A stretch of DNA of 64,000 nt, from the IMG/VR virus record IMGVR_UViG_3300042937_001207, one strand, 5' to 3'. This document shows positions 40,401-49,100 of this stretch, piece by piece. Position 1 is the first letter of the stretch, and each line of letters opens with the position of its first letter. A program made the translations under genes and the position numbers. Below the pieces are notes generated by a model, which worked only from the letters and a program-made list of their open reading frames with translations, was not told where the DNA came from and searched no databases. This DNA is from an uncultured virus (IMG/VR IMGVR_UViG_3300042937_001207) (taxonomy: Duplodnaviria; Heunggongvirae; Uroviricota; Caudoviricetes).

Positions 40401-41220
40401 TGGAAACATGGCTAGGCGATTTGTCCCACAAAGATACGACATTAGGCCCACAAACGATGGCAAATGGGAAATAATAGATACCGCAAACAGAAATGTTGTA
40501 GTTAGTCGTCCATTTGATAGCAGGCTAGAAGCTCTCGCTGGAGCTAAAAAGATGGACATGGGTGACACATCGTTCAATCCTTTTGCTCCACCAAAAGTTT
40601 TTGAACAAAAACCACCAAGCAGGCCTCAAGCAAATCCAAATCCAATAATTGAGTCTGGCGTTTACGAAAACGAACAGCCAGAGCTACCTTTTTCTGACGG
40701 CCCATTTGGTGAAATGAGAAGAATACCTGGAAGTAGGTATGTTTCAAATGACCCAGTTCGCAGAAATGGTGCAAGAGTAACAAAGGGCAACGCAGAAGCT
40801 GCAATAAGGGAATATGAAGAAGGCGACGCCGTGCTGCCTTTTGGTGGAGCAGAAGAGGCATCAGAATACATGCTCTTCTCTGGATGGACAGCCTCAGATG
40901 CTGCTTTGGACACGATAATTGGAAGACTTGAGTATTTGTCAAAAATGAGAACTCATGCCGGAGATGCCCGGGACAAAAAGAAAGCAGAAGTAAGAAAACT
41001 TGTTTCATATCTTCCAAAACTCCAGAAGCGCAGAAAATGGTTTTTCCTTCAGCTTAGAAGACAAATGCTCGAAAATAGAGACATAGATGGAGTTTCTCAA
41101 ATTGACGCAATGGAAAAAACGAGGAGCGGTTTCACTCTTGAGGACCCAATAACAATGAACTCTGCTAATTTCCCAAGATACAACATACCCGGAATCACTG
41201 TTCCGAGAGATAGAAGGTAA
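31456..41220 (+). CDS. giant multidomain protein with N-terminal HK97-family prohead protease
   Basis: WGHNWNEPIG, EWSIGY and LYEVSPVLHGAN in the first ~175 aa. Followed by a DUF6321-like domain, sigma4-like HTHs and WYL domains. ATG at 31456 after AGGTG. Confidence 0.88.
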   Translation: MTNTHETDADYEYKSLTGQFNIDEALGIVECFAAGVGNKDSVGDICLPGCFTNSLKRRKPRVVWGHNWNEPIGKVLEIYEVGPNDPRLPAKMRKAGIGGLYARVQFNLKAERGREAFANVSFFGLEQEWSIGYKTLDAVFDPTQQANLLKEVELYEVSPVLHGANQLTGTISIKSDEAVNENKDGIDVKRQPLRDPKGGLTAAGRAHFKRTEGANLKPGVKGPADTPEKMRRKGSFLTRFFTNPSGPMKKPNGEPTRLALSAAAWGEPVPKNMEDAAKLAAKGRRLLERYSNTKKKDDSENSETKNHVNAIYEAMNSAENSVVGRAADLTRALASHFGGAVRLVNADNDIAIFEMGAGQSVETLRVAYHFDGDEFMFGTAQQVKPETVYIPVNGSNGSRVGDSGVSNAMTIAMSPVGGSLYDAMSLAAVPHDACCDDCAKGESSCSVTKQLSTLEEFKSSNAGEHLILVPEDNSEKISAFEMINPIAQYHEFEVKVLENGIVIPDINNVSADGYEALSNVLNVFEQKAIGTAIGKTPRNMNAWTARNADSDPYVLEGISTINRGRGVIDPTPGSDFGIPKAPKSRGKRGASKPRRAKRPGEADMPAVPRPVEVPEEIPEIQPAKPAIKPARPATVPERKPDKVPERTPQKEPDKVPERWPQREPERVPRPTPAPPRVPEREPVPVPRRDPQRVPERVPQRTPQRASTSPVGRMSDGRRFPKEQRPVDMDMAEEVFDRFNTISKNKNTARAYEEVARKFGISPRTVERYINEMGRRNNRDLPYVKRPEDAGVKDVDSPRGKMSSIQSDSDLSPREKRRLKEDKIGRQIFLARDNEGISLDEAASRFKVSRQKARQLELRHMSKLRGLDENSPNRITRRMLDDPASTLTDEQTDLMKRRLDGETLQEAAARLGTDRQTIRRQEQIAMRKLQDSMVIDNGPVGSMANAKWTESIRAAESVDDLKGQDRSLGEKPFSRIFYSAPVGRMSGGDEIIDFGDEFGVVRFGTDDEEEDAALLFGEDEVIFDRGDGSKPVVERERIPLSKPDATPAAPGKTRLRGDGITWDSKPTTSGRPIIEVTPPVITPSAPSPSRLRGTAVAPETTPERTRLRGTGISIEAVPTFSRDLPDTRAVPPTPMSVTDLTDDKPIEYLKFESLPRPEDTWSYQKGSDEANNAIADALTRAILGRETQLDVDLIDELQTADESRLISSIAKKKIKEEIPKLDDESLLVRKEAINETIQAWKDDIKELFDEKRTARNNRDFIEYQEIQDSIDFAMPLLTSSEELLDDVNKEIAKRGLVSGPVGKMSSYERALPDGFASEVFDSTGRKKSYLKQNDSDDAELDEYLPNIINSFLSNFSLTGEPYSGNNSPDGPSGAVKAINRIISNNNNEESSYPEKLMRNVYSSFGNSPIEQIAKQNDISREDVVKIVKAQANILSATETPERSEMRYLMREHGYLLAGTDRDIMSQKLYGATNADIAKDFNLRIDDVDSRLTKSLRTLRKADGSTSKPPSVSNTRYGVDDEGFFVEADASDGSFYKKYIGRTELGDEIDDYFSPGPVGAMAIRQNKKVRIYANADDGIVEEYDFTEDLADGVPMQEKPYLRRVRGFNQPELHEMLGRKLLAEDGGYNYMVVDTPEYSFVTQTEAQAMARAAERGMFLDDEMFPQGLFLNSDGTEELRPIPIQTSPREGLRVVSWNDRAGYDGEPSYFRLGGTVFATSDMSESWDESERNAKRVARNKKLRRLESGPDEKFWTKDSWKWRFQGSDDLSVTKSPNTPDFGPSVIEKIHTLRNSPDFDALRATVNSKDKKDLTGPEKNYSVLSDMYYQYAKNGGLSDRQWSYASSLIDKFESGDGGYTLAPGEEAVLKVNKETGEMLGADPEDAKRLVNAARMLEQDDAEIEKILYRYDIDGGLMPEQWDRLRALTKQRMTENRAARQAGQASARPSAPTVGVSAPSIDKSEVEDDGKLVSTYVNKLTGEITKYRHKNVGANANGPVFLVAEDDNGNLVKWNHPVAGDLFSYEDWPQEELGEIFDETTEKIRTQRGRHPATDGVFISAKPWEIEADLRTKAGETVTAQELKSEYEKLGLYGLGSDSSGPVIETDTEIILGKNFTESDIRKAINDASDSGLKISFEYLKPDADRPEKRTLTEPRYEERLGKNGEILAAYIVGIDEKDGKEKNFRTDRIYGRKSEKPKPQTDDEQQAGFRRPRQDTKRPRGESEREPRRRPSDQESDRRQEQSRPSDEQAPPREEATPNQEQARPRERQTERQKRTAEIISRTNSLRRGLRERSLFISLDDNQQTVASTLATADRDVLDVEFPYGNKVYAVELVKFVKNADGNVSLHATDKSDSQRKIFDPYMIAVRSSSEPVPTALPYLLEDLSRRIGSDQRSFALASASDIAAYNRAKEKLARASRQNQINSFDTGPHGALGLNASRVPNYSPTEFWKPNKHDSTYASMPYAQRKAESQRLLSRILNSANRNDSQLNDVLDRYVALERITKTANGPYVDEFGVSITRLENGEYEISGNIPFDPEMNSSPFGKMGRYVRPRDAQERVIDDSYNIQIYNELTDLLSSVPEGQAIAQLSQRHSTSQQNIRRRLNVVDRERANEIRSLDSVDEIISQLESGDITFDELEMRIDSDMSPRQLIRNIDYAYREMNFQHDDFGPVGAMSGKNTSDMSDQELVDAWNDAMEKLFGSYGRPHRKDRAAKSALMKELKSVGREIQKRYFESEDARTLINEIKQNPPQSPAGLMSSGSMPDNPISGSRHVDRRLYEVYGDDNWKKVAEQIGRRFSNIEERDWENPTDDDLIDLHQYLTQRIFDSHMSGEEQGELGGIPLDILSVSGDLDITPNQVVEYSKKGKDITEARIAALMTPFERAERMIQNDRRKTFERLISRKRAELGEGFSDWFQSATEKNKNILFDSNGNERSVEEIDELGGPFAGYFSFGQETTEPDVDVDTAREIEELNKLFNSPTFGSDDGDSSPAGNMARRFVPQRYDIRPTNDGKWEIIDTANRNVVVSRPFDSRLEALAGAKKMDMGDTSFNPFAPPKVFEQKPPSRPQANPNPIIESGVYENEQPELPFSDGPFGEMRRIPGSRYVSNDPVRRNGARVTKGNAEAAIREYEEGDAVLPFGGAEEASEYMLFSGWTASDAALDTIIGRLEYLSKMRTHAGDARDKKKAEVRKLVSYLPKLQKRRKWFFLQLRRQMLENRDIDGVSQIDAMEKTRSGFTLEDPITMNSANFPRYNIPGITVPRDRR
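33034..33171 (+). repeat. shared peptide module A, copy 1
   Basis: KAIG...TARNADSDPYVLEGISTINRGRGVIDPTP, nearly identical in protein to 43586-43723. Confidence 0.85.
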
Positions 41221-41226
41221 TTTGAC

Positions 41227-41727
41227 ATGAAAATATTTACTTCAACGCAGGTCAATAGATATGCGACTTCAATAAAAAGTCTTGAATCTATTGACGAAAC
41301 TCTTTTGGACGAAATTGTTATTCAAGCCGAGCTATCCGAGATGTTTAGTTTAAAAACGGAAATCGACCCGATTCTTGAAAAGTATGGTTTTGAGTCATTA
41401 GCAAGCGAAAAAGGCGTAATTCTGGTTGACGCAAAATCAATGGGCCCCATCTTGATTGATGAGTTAGTCAATAAATTATCGGAATTGAACAAAGTTGAAG
41501 AAAAAAAAATGTTCAGCAATAATCGCAGAGAGGAGCTAGCTGCTGAAGGTCAGGCTCTACCCGATGGTTCATACCCTATAGAAAATGCATCAGACCTGAA
41601 AAACGCAATTTATGCTTTTGGTCGAGCTAAAAACAAATCACGTGCAAAAAAGCACATAATCAAAAGAGCAATTGCTTTAGGCAGAGAAGAAATGATTCCA
41701 GAAAATTGGAAGAATACAAGTAAATAG
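41227..41727 (+). CDS. head-associated hypothetical protein (LPDGSYPI domain)
   Basis: C-terminal RREELAAEGQALPDGSYPIENASDLKNAI...IPENWK, paralogous to the C-terminus of the 41925 ORF. Confidence 0.7.
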   Translation: MKIFTSTQVNRYATSIKSLESIDETLLDEIVIQAELSEMFSLKTEIDPILEKYGFESLASEKGVILVDAKSMGPILIDELVNKLSELNKVEEKKMFSNNRREELAAEGQALPDGSYPIENASDLKNAIYAFGRAKNKSRAKKHIIKRAIALGREEMIPENWKNTSK

Positions 41728-41731
41728 TTTT

Positions 41732-41938
41732 ATGAATGATGAGATAAAAAGTAGGTACAACCGCAAGAACCCTGTTATGGGTTATGCTAAACGTACTAAA
41801 GAAAACAGTTCTAAGGCGAAGTATCAGTGCATTGTCTCTGGCGAAAAACGTCAGTTTCCATGTGGTGGATGCATGAGTCCCAAGGGTTGTCTTTCGACAA
41901 CCATGCAATACAAGGAGCAAAAAAATGGCAATGGCTGA
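41732..41938 (+). CDS. small Cys-rich protein
   Basis: YQCIVSGEKRQFPCGGCMSPKGCL. Confidence 0.6.
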   Translation: MNDEIKSRYNRKNPVMGYAKRTKENSSKAKYQCIVSGEKRQFPCGGCMSPKGCLSTTMQYKEQKNGNG

Positions 41939-43499
41939 CGGTCCTATGTTAAAAATCGATGCTGACGGAGAAATTGTTCAGTGTGCAAAAGGTCTTGATT
42001 CTTCTGAGTGTGGCTACAAAGCGGGGGACAAGGTCTGCGGCAAGTGCGGAGCTATGGCCGTGTCAATGAAAATGATGGACGACATGGCCATGGAGATGGA
42101 TGAAGACATGCCTGCCCCAATGCCAAAAAAGAAAAAGAAACCGATGATGGAAATGGAAATGGTAGAAGAGAAGGCTGCAATGAGAGCCTACGGTGATGTC
42201 TACCAAGACGAAGAACACGATGTCCAAGAAAACGATGAAGAAGACATGGACGAAGAAGATGAAATGCCGGGCGAAGAAAAGATGTACGGCATGATGCCAA
42301 AGAAAAAGAAGCGCATGGAAATGATGGACGATGAAGACATGGACATGGACGAAGAGGACATGGATATGGAAGACGAAGATATGGAAGATGACGACATGGA
42401 CGAAATGCTCGCCATGCGCTCTGCTCCAAAAAGAAAAAGACAGATGGTTCCAGTAGCCGAAGAAGAGCTAGTTGACGAGGAAGAGCTTGACGACGAGATG
42501 TCCGAGCAAGAAGATGAAGTGCCAAATCGTCAAATGATGGAAAACAGAAGACTAAGAAGCATGGGTTACAAGTCAGAAGACTTTGGTTCTGATGTTTTTG
42601 TTTGCGCAATCGAGCGCAAGGTCTATCCAGGTTCAACAGGTCTTTGCGATAACTGCCCTGGTGGGTGCGTAAAAGAAGGCGACATGCCTGCTCTCCTTGA
42701 AATTGAAGGAAGAGCCGAGGATATGTTTAGTGGCAAAGTCCTCGATTCTGGCTACTCGGATGTTGCAGATATGTTCGTAGTTGACGTTGAAAGAAAAGAT
42801 GGAAAACCAATTGAGATTTTCTTTGATGGCTCAAGCGGTGAGGTAATGGGATGGCACATGTTGAACGAAGAAGTTCTTCAAGTTAAATCTGGTTTTCAGC
42901 CAACAAACTTGATTTCTTTCAGCGATGCTGCAGGAATAGCTACAAAGAGCATTCAGGGAGATGTGGTTGCTGTAGAAGCAGACATATTTGAAGGCTTTGA
43001 TGCGTATGCAGTTGAGATAGAAGGCATCGACGGCAAGTCTTACGATGTGTTTGTTTCTCTTGACGGAGATGTTCTCGGCTATGACGAATATACACAGGAC
43101 GAAGCACTTGCAATTGAAGCAGAAGCTGCCGAGATAGCGCTAAAGCGTTCTTATAGCGATATCCAGAAGAAAGAAATGGCAGAAGCCGGCGAAGCAATGG
43201 ATGACGGCAACTTCCCAATCGCAAACGAAACAGACCTAAGAAATGCGATTATGGCATGGGAGCGCTCAAAGAGCGATGTAGCCAAAATGCACATCATGAA
43301 AAGAGCAATGGCTCTTGGACTTGAAAACATAATTCCAGATGGCTGGGTTGATGAAGAGACGAAGAAGAGATTTGAAACCGGCGAAAAGTCTGCGGCAGAT
43401 AATTTCCTATCCACGCTTCTTGAGTTTGAAATGATTTCGGCTGAAGAAGGTTTCTCTATTAGCCAAGACGAATCAAAGCCTCAAACAGAGCTAAGTTAG
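41925..43499 (+). CDS. acidic Met/Asp/Glu-rich protein with Cys clusters and two PepSY-like domains
   Basis: ISFSDAAGIATKSIQGDVVAVE...AYAVEIEGIDGKSYDVFVSLDGDVLG is PepSY-like. GGAG RBS upstream. Confidence 0.7.
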   Translation: MAMADGPMLKIDADGEIVQCAKGLDSSECGYKAGDKVCGKCGAMAVSMKMMDDMAMEMDEDMPAPMPKKKKKPMMEMEMVEEKAAMRAYGDVYQDEEHDVQENDEEDMDEEDEMPGEEKMYGMMPKKKKRMEMMDDEDMDMDEEDMDMEDEDMEDDDMDEMLAMRSAPKRKRQMVPVAEEELVDEEELDDEMSEQEDEVPNRQMMENRRLRSMGYKSEDFGSDVFVCAIERKVYPGSTGLCDNCPGGCVKEGDMPALLEIEGRAEDMFSGKVLDSGYSDVADMFVVDVERKDGKPIEIFFDGSSGEVMGWHMLNEEVLQVKSGFQPTNLISFSDAAGIATKSIQGDVVAVEADIFEGFDAYAVEIEGIDGKSYDVFVSLDGDVLGYDEYTQDEALAIEAEAAEIALKRSYSDIQKKEMAEAGEAMDDGNFPIANETDLRNAIMAWERSKSDVAKMHIMKRAMALGLENIIPDGWVDEETKKRFETGEKSAADNFLSTLLEFEMISAEEGFSISQDESKPQTELS

Positions 43500-43513
43500 T
43501 CAGGTGGTGCGGC

Positions 43514-46069
43514 ATGGCCGAACCAACCAATAACAAAAAGTCATCAAACAGGTCTTCACGGAAGATAGTCAAAAACCTTGGCGCCAAGGCCCTTGGGATG
43601 CCTGTGGGCTCTTCTGGTAGGAACCTTAACCCAACGACTGCTCGCAACGCAGACAGCGACCCGTATGTGCTCGAAGGCATCTCATTCATCAACAGGGGGC
43701 GAGGCGTAATTGACCCAACACCGAACGGTCCAGCCGGAAGAGTGGAGGGCAATAGGTCCAATAGAAGAAGAGCTAGAGATTTCGTTAATCGGGCGGTATC
43801 AAAAGACGAACCTGTAACAGACCCAGCTTTTGATTTGGACGACGAGTCGCAGCCTTCGTTGTTTGGTCAAGATGAATTGTTTGACGATTTTGAGTTTGAT
43901 GATATGAGCTCGGCTGAAGTTGGTAACAAACTCACCGAATTTGAAGAAGAAGAACTTGAAATAAACTACAACGACGCATGGCGCGCATATCTTGAAGACG
44001 CAGGGTTAGACCCGAACTTTGAGGAATCTTATGAATTCCCTCCTCCAAACTTTTACGAAACAATGGACAGCAATGAAAATTTTGAGCCACAGTCCGACAT
44101 TCTTTCCGGGTACAACAGGCCGTCTTCAATTTTGCCCAAAAGCACAATACCAAGAGCACGGTTTATAAATACCACCCCATACGGTGGGGACAGATTTGTT
44201 GTAACTCATCAGGCACTGGAGTTAGCAAAGCATAGGCAACTGGCAGATTCAGAACAGTGGAGAAAAATACATAATGACCACTATGACTGGTGGTTGTTCC
44301 CGATTGACAGGGGGAGCGGTGCATACGGAGAGAAATATAACATTGCGGGAAAACCGCTGAAAAGACTTAAAAGAAATAGAAGATTTTTAAAAAATGTTGC
44401 TGAAGCTATCAAAATAAACGCATTAGCACTTGGCTGGGATGTGGAGTCTTCGCAGTATATTGAAGACATAAATTGGGACGCTGGTCAAGACCCGTGGGTT
44501 GCATACCCAACAAGAATATGGAAAATGACACGCTCCGCCCAAGTCCTAGGGCTAAAAAAAGAGTTTGAATCATTGCTTCTAATGCAACAATCGCTTGAAG
44601 ATGGCGGAATAAAGTTCAACCATCAGGACTATTGGGAAAATCCAGGCGACATAAATAACATAAAACAGTCAAAGTATGAAACAAAAGAACCCAACAATCC
44701 ATCAGGTAACATTTCTTCATTAAGTGCACTGCTTAATACCAGCATGGAAAACGGCGTTGTAAATCAAAGGAAAAAACTGGGAATATCAATTTCCGCAAAT
44801 CCCTTGTACTCCTGGACTACGGCAAATCCAACAGAAAACAATGTAGACAACTATTCTTCGCCGGGAAACAGCATTGAAGATATTTTCGGATTTAGTAGCT
44901 TTGCCGATGGGGAGGCTGTTGACTGGTTTGACTTCTGGCTGATGACAAATGACATACAGCCATTGATAGAAAAACACATTGGCGACAACTTTAAAAAAAA
45001 TGAGCTATTAGAAAAAACTGGTTACAGCCTACTTGGCAGAACCCCTTCGGATTATATTTTGTCAATACTAAAAGGGGATAGCAAAAACCCAGCAAAAGAG
45101 CAATACAAAGCTTTTGACATTCGTCGAGCAGGAACCTATTTTATGGGTGTTAATGGGGTTGACGAAGAGTTAATAAATTACGAAAACTTTAATAACTATT
45201 TTAAAAACTCAAATGCAAATATTCAAAAAAACAATGGCATAAAAATAACATCAACTATTGACGGCTGGAAAGTTGAAATAGGAAATAATCCGCCACTTCT
45301 TTGGTCAATATCCCAAGACGAAAGAGAATCCGTTACCGAACAGATGTTCAGCAGTTTAAATGATGATTTTGATGATTCTAAAGTAACCCCAAACTATGAA
45401 GACTTAAAAAAATTCTTCAAGTTACTGGAAGAAAGGCAGGTTAGTTTTAGCGGTTCAAAATCAAAAGCTGGGGTTTCTGCTTTTCTTGACGGCGGAGCCG
45501 CTGGGGCGATGTCCAGTGGTGCTTCAAAAAACTACTCAAGAGGGTATTCAGGGGTAACGGATGGGGTTCCGCTCTGGGAAAAGCTTTCTGGAGCCAAAGC
45601 GTCCACATCAAACCCCGTACATACTGTCAATCGTTTACTTGAGGCCGGCGCCCTAAGTATCGGTCCAGACGGTTTACCAGAGGGCCCAATGACAGACACC
45701 GAACTAAGAGACTGGTTTGGTTTTGCTTTTATGGCGAATGATTTTGGATTAATAAATAATGGGTATCTATCTAACAAAAAATCCATGGATAGAGAAAATG
45801 CTTTAAAAATGCTAAAACTACTATCAGAGAACAATGCCGAAAGTTCAGAAAAAACACGGAAAAAAATACGAGCAGCCGGGTATGACCTAGTGGCGAAATC
45901 TATAGAAGTTGATAAAAACATTGATGACCTTAGTGTCCGGTCAACGCCATTTGGGTACGTGTATACAGATTTTAAAAATAACAAGACCTACAATTGGTCC
46001 ACGACATCCGACAACCTAACATCAAGGATTAGCTCAATTATTGACGGGTACGAAGAAGCCTCTTCGTAA
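43514..46069 (+). CDS. module-A protein with OGFr-like domain
   Basis: IHNDHYDWWLFPIDRGS...RIWKMTRSAQVLG resembles the OGFr_N motifs H.YIQWLFP and RITRILKSL..LG. Confidence 0.65.
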   Translation: MAEPTNNKKSSNRSSRKIVKNLGAKALGMPVGSSGRNLNPTTARNADSDPYVLEGISFINRGRGVIDPTPNGPAGRVEGNRSNRRRARDFVNRAVSKDEPVTDPAFDLDDESQPSLFGQDELFDDFEFDDMSSAEVGNKLTEFEEEELEINYNDAWRAYLEDAGLDPNFEESYEFPPPNFYETMDSNENFEPQSDILSGYNRPSSILPKSTIPRARFINTTPYGGDRFVVTHQALELAKHRQLADSEQWRKIHNDHYDWWLFPIDRGSGAYGEKYNIAGKPLKRLKRNRRFLKNVAEAIKINALALGWDVESSQYIEDINWDAGQDPWVAYPTRIWKMTRSAQVLGLKKEFESLLLMQQSLEDGGIKFNHQDYWENPGDINNIKQSKYETKEPNNPSGNISSLSALLNTSMENGVVNQRKKLGISISANPLYSWTTANPTENNVDNYSSPGNSIEDIFGFSSFADGEAVDWFDFWLMTNDIQPLIEKHIGDNFKKNELLEKTGYSLLGRTPSDYILSILKGDSKNPAKEQYKAFDIRRAGTYFMGVNGVDEELINYENFNNYFKNSNANIQKNNGIKITSTIDGWKVEIGNNPPLLWSISQDERESVTEQMFSSLNDDFDDSKVTPNYEDLKKFFKLLEERQVSFSGSKSKAGVSAFLDGGAAGAMSSGASKNYSRGYSGVTDGVPLWEKLSGAKASTSNPVHTVNRLLEAGALSIGPDGLPEGPMTDTELRDWFGFAFMANDFGLINNGYLSNKKSMDRENALKMLKLLSENNAESSEKTRKKIRAAGYDLVAKSIEVDKNIDDLSVRSTPFGYVYTDFKNNKTYNWSTTSDNLTSRISSIIDGYEEASS
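43586..43723 (+). repeat. shared peptide module A, copy 2
   Basis: KALG...TARNADSDPYVLEGISFINRGRGVIDPTP. Confidence 0.85.
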
Positions 46070-46140
46070 TAATTATGATAATAAGTCTATAATTTACATG
46101 CAAATAACTTTTAAAACACGAATTAAAGAAAGACCCCAAC

Positions 46141-49100
46141 ATGGGCGATAAAAGCCAAAACATTCCACTCAATGCAAGAATTGTTGCAAAGAGTGGCAAC
46201 TCCTTTATGTACCAGTTGCCAACTGGGGAGCGTTTTGTCTACAACTCAACAACTGGTCAATTAAGAAAATCCGAAGCTGTTGACGAAATACAGCTCAAGG
46301 CAGTTTCAAACACGGATTTTGGTGGTCACAACTCCGAATGGGCAACAAACGCAATCATCTCTTATAGGGGAAAAAGTTTAGACTCATGGTGGAAGCAACC
46401 AAAACAGGACATTAACTTTAAGGCATCAAAACCCAAAAAGGAAACACCGGCATACCCTGAGTCTACTTTTTTCAAGTGGGCAAAACAGTGGAAACCTGGT
46501 GACGATTTACCGCTGATGGCTCCAGGCATGTCAATGAAGATGTGTCATAACGGCTCTGGTGGTGGGCCAGTTGACAGAATGCGTTTTCAAGAGCTTGACG
46601 ATTTAATCAAGTATCTTCCTTTGCCAAATGACAATTTTAAACTTCAATATCCGCGAACTGTTCAAAATGAATCAGAAAAAGGTTTATTGGGACGTTCAAT
46701 AAGAGAATTCAGCGAATCCTTACTTGGTCTTGCAGCTGCCGCTAGAGGCCTATACCTAGACGGAAAAAATAAACTTAGGTGCGGTCCAGGAAATCCAGGA
46801 GCAAACAGGTTCACAAACATTTTTGGAATTGGTTGTGACATTCCAGGCTCTCCAGATGGACCTGATGGTTCGATTTCGGCAGCAGCTGGTTCTGCTGTAT
46901 CAAAACTAAATAACGACAAAACCCCAGATGCGCCAAAATTTAGAAGACTTTCTGAAGTTATCAATTCAGTACAGGGAAATATAAGACCCTTGAGATATGA
47001 CAAACGAACACTTAGCGTGTTTGACGACAGGGGCAACTTGGTCGGCTCTGGTTATGACTCTCCAGACGAAGGACCAGTTGGAAGAATGTTGGCACCGATT
47101 GTCAGCGACTTAACTAGGATTGTTCCTCGCAATGTACTTAAAGAAAGACAAGCAAGAAAAAAAGCTAGAGACGAAAGAAATAAATCTGATTTAAAAACTG
47201 CCCAAAAAAGCATTCCTGGTAGCTTTCTTGACAAATCAAGAGTAACTATTGTGCGTGTCTATGGGAACCTTGAAGAAAGAATCAATGCAAACAGAAGAGG
47301 ACGTGGGAAACCAGACTTAAGGATTGATACAACCAATTTTGAACAAGGCTCCATGGTCGAAGCTGGCAGCGAAATGGTTTATCTTTCGGTTCCAGATGGT
47401 TCTGGCGGTTTTAGGCCATTGTCAAATATTGAAGTTTCCATACTTGGGTACAACCAAAGTGTTGCTCGATTAATGGAGATGGGAAAATCTGACAAAGAAA
47501 TTAGAGAAGCTAGAAGAAAGGTGCTTTCTGCACAATTGCAGAGAAACATAACAGACAAAGGTTTGACCGAGCTAGAAAATTTTGTTTCTGAGATTCTTGA
47601 TGCAATTGCAAGACACATGCAGGACTCATCTGCAGAGAATGAATTTGCTTCTGTCATACCAATGAGAATTTACTGGGGTTCAGAAGAAGACTTTAAAGAT
47701 TTTGAAGACCCGTTCGACGAATATGATTCAGGCGTATTAGTGATGGCCATGATTCCTGGGCAAAAAAATCCATTTGGTGGATTGGATTAAATTGACGCTG
47801 ATGAATTTGGTAACACATTTGGAATCAGTTTTGACGGAGTTAACAAGATAAGAAACAGAACCCTGACACCAGCTGAGTCGGAGTCGCTTGATTTGCAACT
47901 AATTGACTACATACAGAGGAACTTGGGTTTGTCTGGTCCAGATGTTGATGATGCCTTAAAAAAAATAAAGGGGAACGAAAGAATCCTCCGTGGAATAATG
48001 AGAGACCTCAACCCTCCCGGGTTCGGGGTTCTAATGTTAAACCCAAGACTTTTTGAAGAAGCAAATCTTTATCAGTTCATGAAAGCATCCGGCGAACACT
48101 ACCTAGTAAACGGTCAGCCAAAAAACACAAGTGATTTTATAAAAGACACGATTGACCATGAACTAAATCACCTCAACGACTATTACAACAGAATAAGAAC
48201 TATTTCTAACATAAGCGTTGACGATTTTCAAGAGATATTAGCAAGCGGCCAACCATTAAATTTTAGAACCCTCGCATCGTATGACCCAAACAGCATCTTG
48301 GCGGCTCAACTTAGAAATTTGGATTTGAGAGTTGCTGCTGCTAGAGACGACATTGAAAAAGCATCCGTTTTGGCGCAATGGTATATGGAAAATTATCAAT
48401 TCAATGACAGATTAAGAAAAGACTATGCAGATTGGGCAAAAAGAAAAGGCTACACAAATAGAGCAATTCAAGATGTTTTAGATGGAATAAAAGATGCATT
48501 GGGGGCGCGTGGAGTAAATGGAGACCTTGAGTGGTGGTATCAAGCTTTCATAAATTCTGCAGGACAGAATGACCCATCGTTCAGGACCACCCCAAGAGAT
48601 GCAATTGCGTCCGACGAGTTATGGAAACTAATTTACAACATTATTGGAACAACATACGGGCAACAAGACCACAATGAGGCAATGGCCGAACTCGGAGCAT
48701 TCATCTTCAACGGCGATGGGGTTCAACAGATTAGAAGATGGCTGACTTCATCAGAGAACACACAATTTTCAAATTACACAGAAAGTCAATTACTTGACAT
48801 ATTGGGCTTGTTTCTTGGAGAAGAGCGAGTGCAAGCTGCATTTAGGAATCCAGGAAACACCAATCGATACGACTTCAAACACTCAAACGTAAATATTAGA
48901 AATACTGCCTTAGTTTTAGCCCCCAGTAAATTCCACAACTACAACAATGTCAAAGCTCAATCAATATCCAGTTTTGTCGGTAAGTCATCAATTAAGGCTC
49001 TTGGCAGCCCAATAGGTTCATCGCGCGGGAGACGAATTGAACCATTTAGAGCGAATGCATATGATGGCGACAGCGATGGAGACGTTCAAGACGGAACGAT

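Noticed and set aside
33577..40716. GPxGxM Met residues as internal translation starts (GGA + ATG)
   Set aside because: The Gly codon varies (GGA/GGC/GGT/GGG) and lies only 3 nt from the ATG, which is too close for an SD. Some copies have L/V/I. Conservation is at peptide level.
33577..40716. 2A-like ribosomal skipping motif or inteins
   Set aside because: No DxExNPGP consensus, and no C...HN|C/S/T intein termini were seen.
33085..43723. Diversity-generating retroelement TR/VR pair
   Set aside because: Differences between the two repeats are mostly synonymous and not adenine-specific, and no reverse transcriptase is in the window.
47788..47790. Genome-wide stop codon reassignment
   Set aside because: TAA, TAG and TGA all terminate other genes normally, and very long ORFs are intact under the standard code.
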